Position numbers and translations under genes: made by a program. Under the pieces are notes generated by a model. It searched no databases. It was not told the DNA's origin and saw nothing but the letters and a program-made list of their open reading frames with translations. DNA of 64,000 nt from Hypanus sabinus (Eukaryota). The stretch covers positions 1,550,001-1,614,000 of the forward strand of contig NC_082722.1 in NCBI RefSeq assembly GCF_030144855.1, written 5' to 3'. Of the stretch, positions 62,700 through 64,000 are shown piece after piece. The stretch's first letter is position 1, and the number at the start of each line of letters is the position of its first letter.

Positions 62700-64000
62700 C
62701 TCTACCTATGTTGCTATTGGAAGGCATCTGTAAGTATGATAGAGAGCAGCTATAGGCAATTAGTCACACTGGGGCCTCAGCAGACAGATAAGTGGGTTAC
62801 AGTCAGGAGAGAGAAGGGCAAGAGTCAGGAAGTAGATAGTCCCCCTGTGGCTGTCCTCCTTAGCAATAGGTACTCCTGTTTGAGTGCTTTGGGGGGGGGG
62901 TGGAGGTGGTTTGGGAGACACCCTACCTGAAGGAAGCAACTGTGGGCATACCTCTGGCACAGAGTATGGCCCTGTGGCTCAGAAGGGCAGGGAGAAGAAG
63001 ACAATGGCAACAGTGACAGGGTCTTTACAGTTAGGGGGTTAGACAGGCTATTCTGTGGAGGCAGGAAAGAAACACGGATGGTAGTTTGCCTCCCAGGTGC
63101 TGGGGTCCGGGATTTTCTGATCGCGTCCACGATATCCTGAAGTGCAAAGGAGAACAGCCAGAGGATATGGTACATAATCGTACCAAGAACATAGTTAGGA
63201 AAAGGAAGGAGGTCCTGAAAACAGACTACAGGGTTTAGGAATGAAGATGAGAAGAAGGATCTCAAAGGTAGTAATCTGGGATTTCTGCCTGTGCCATGCG
63301 ACAGTGAATATAGGAAAAGAATCAAGTGGAGGGTAAATGCGTGGCTGAGGGATTGGTGCAGGGGTTCAGATTTCTGGATCATTGAGACCTCTTTTGGGGA
63401 AGGTGTGACCTGTACAGAAAGGGTAGGTTGCCCTTGAATCCAAGGGGTACCAATATCCCAGCGGAGAAGTTTGCTACAGCTATTGGGGAGAGTTTAAACT
63501 AGAATTGCTGGGGTGTGGGAACCGAACTGAAGAGACTGGGGAAGAGGTGGTTGGCTCACAAATAAAGAAAGCTTGGAGACTGGTCGAGAAGGAGGATAGG
63601 CAGGCGATATATAAAGGATGCACTCAGATCAATGGTTTGAGATGTGTCTATTTTAATGCAAGGCGTATTATGAGCAAAAAGATGTGTTTAGCGCGTGGAT
63701 TAGTACTAGGAAGTATGATGTTCTGGCAATTACAGAGACTTGGATGGCTCAGGGGCAGGAATGGTTACTTCGAGTGCCAGGCTTTAGGTGTTTTAAAAAG
63801 AGGTGAAGGCATGGCACTGCTGATCAGAGATAGTGTCATGGCTACAGAAAAGGTGAATGTCATGGAGGGATTGTCTACTGAGTCTCTGTGGGTGGACGTT
63901 AGGAACAGGAAGGGGTCAATAACTCCACTAGTTGTTTTTTATAGACCACCCGATAGTAACATGGATATCGAGGAGTAGATAGGGAGACAGATTCCGAGAC
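62700..64000 (+). mobile_element. Degenerate CR1 ORF1 and start of ORF2 (runs off window)
   Basis: KWVTVRR, esterase remnants, VYFNARRI and FYRPP. Confidence 0.85.

Overview
Eukaryotic, TE-saturated vertebrate DNA. The CR1, Penelope and SINE repertoire suggests a cartilaginous fish, probably a ray (inference). Most of the 64 kb is nested retroelements: many CR1/L3 LINEs (two full-length young copies with TSDs at 29975-34352 and 37254-41600), Penelope-like elements and their short hammerhead-ribozyme-bearing derivatives, a Gypsy chromovirus with both LTRs and a TSD (47352-52623), plus Rex1/Babar, Dong/R4, L1-like and Chapaev3-like fragments. The one clear host gene is a compact minus-strand IgSF gene in a CpG-rich, TE-poor island. 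Its exons are leader 11019-10965, V 10831-10511, C1 10103-9801 and TM 8222-8112, all phase-1 GT-AG and forming one open frame. The V exon carries a germline-joined J-like strand and no RSS, so it looks like a non-rearranging antigen-receptor-like (VJ-C1, PRARP/NKp30/SIRP-type) receptor. Its cytoplasmic exon(s) could not be located. No prokaryotic genes, CRISPR arrays, rRNA or tRNA genes were found. TE boundaries are approximate unless a TSD is cited.
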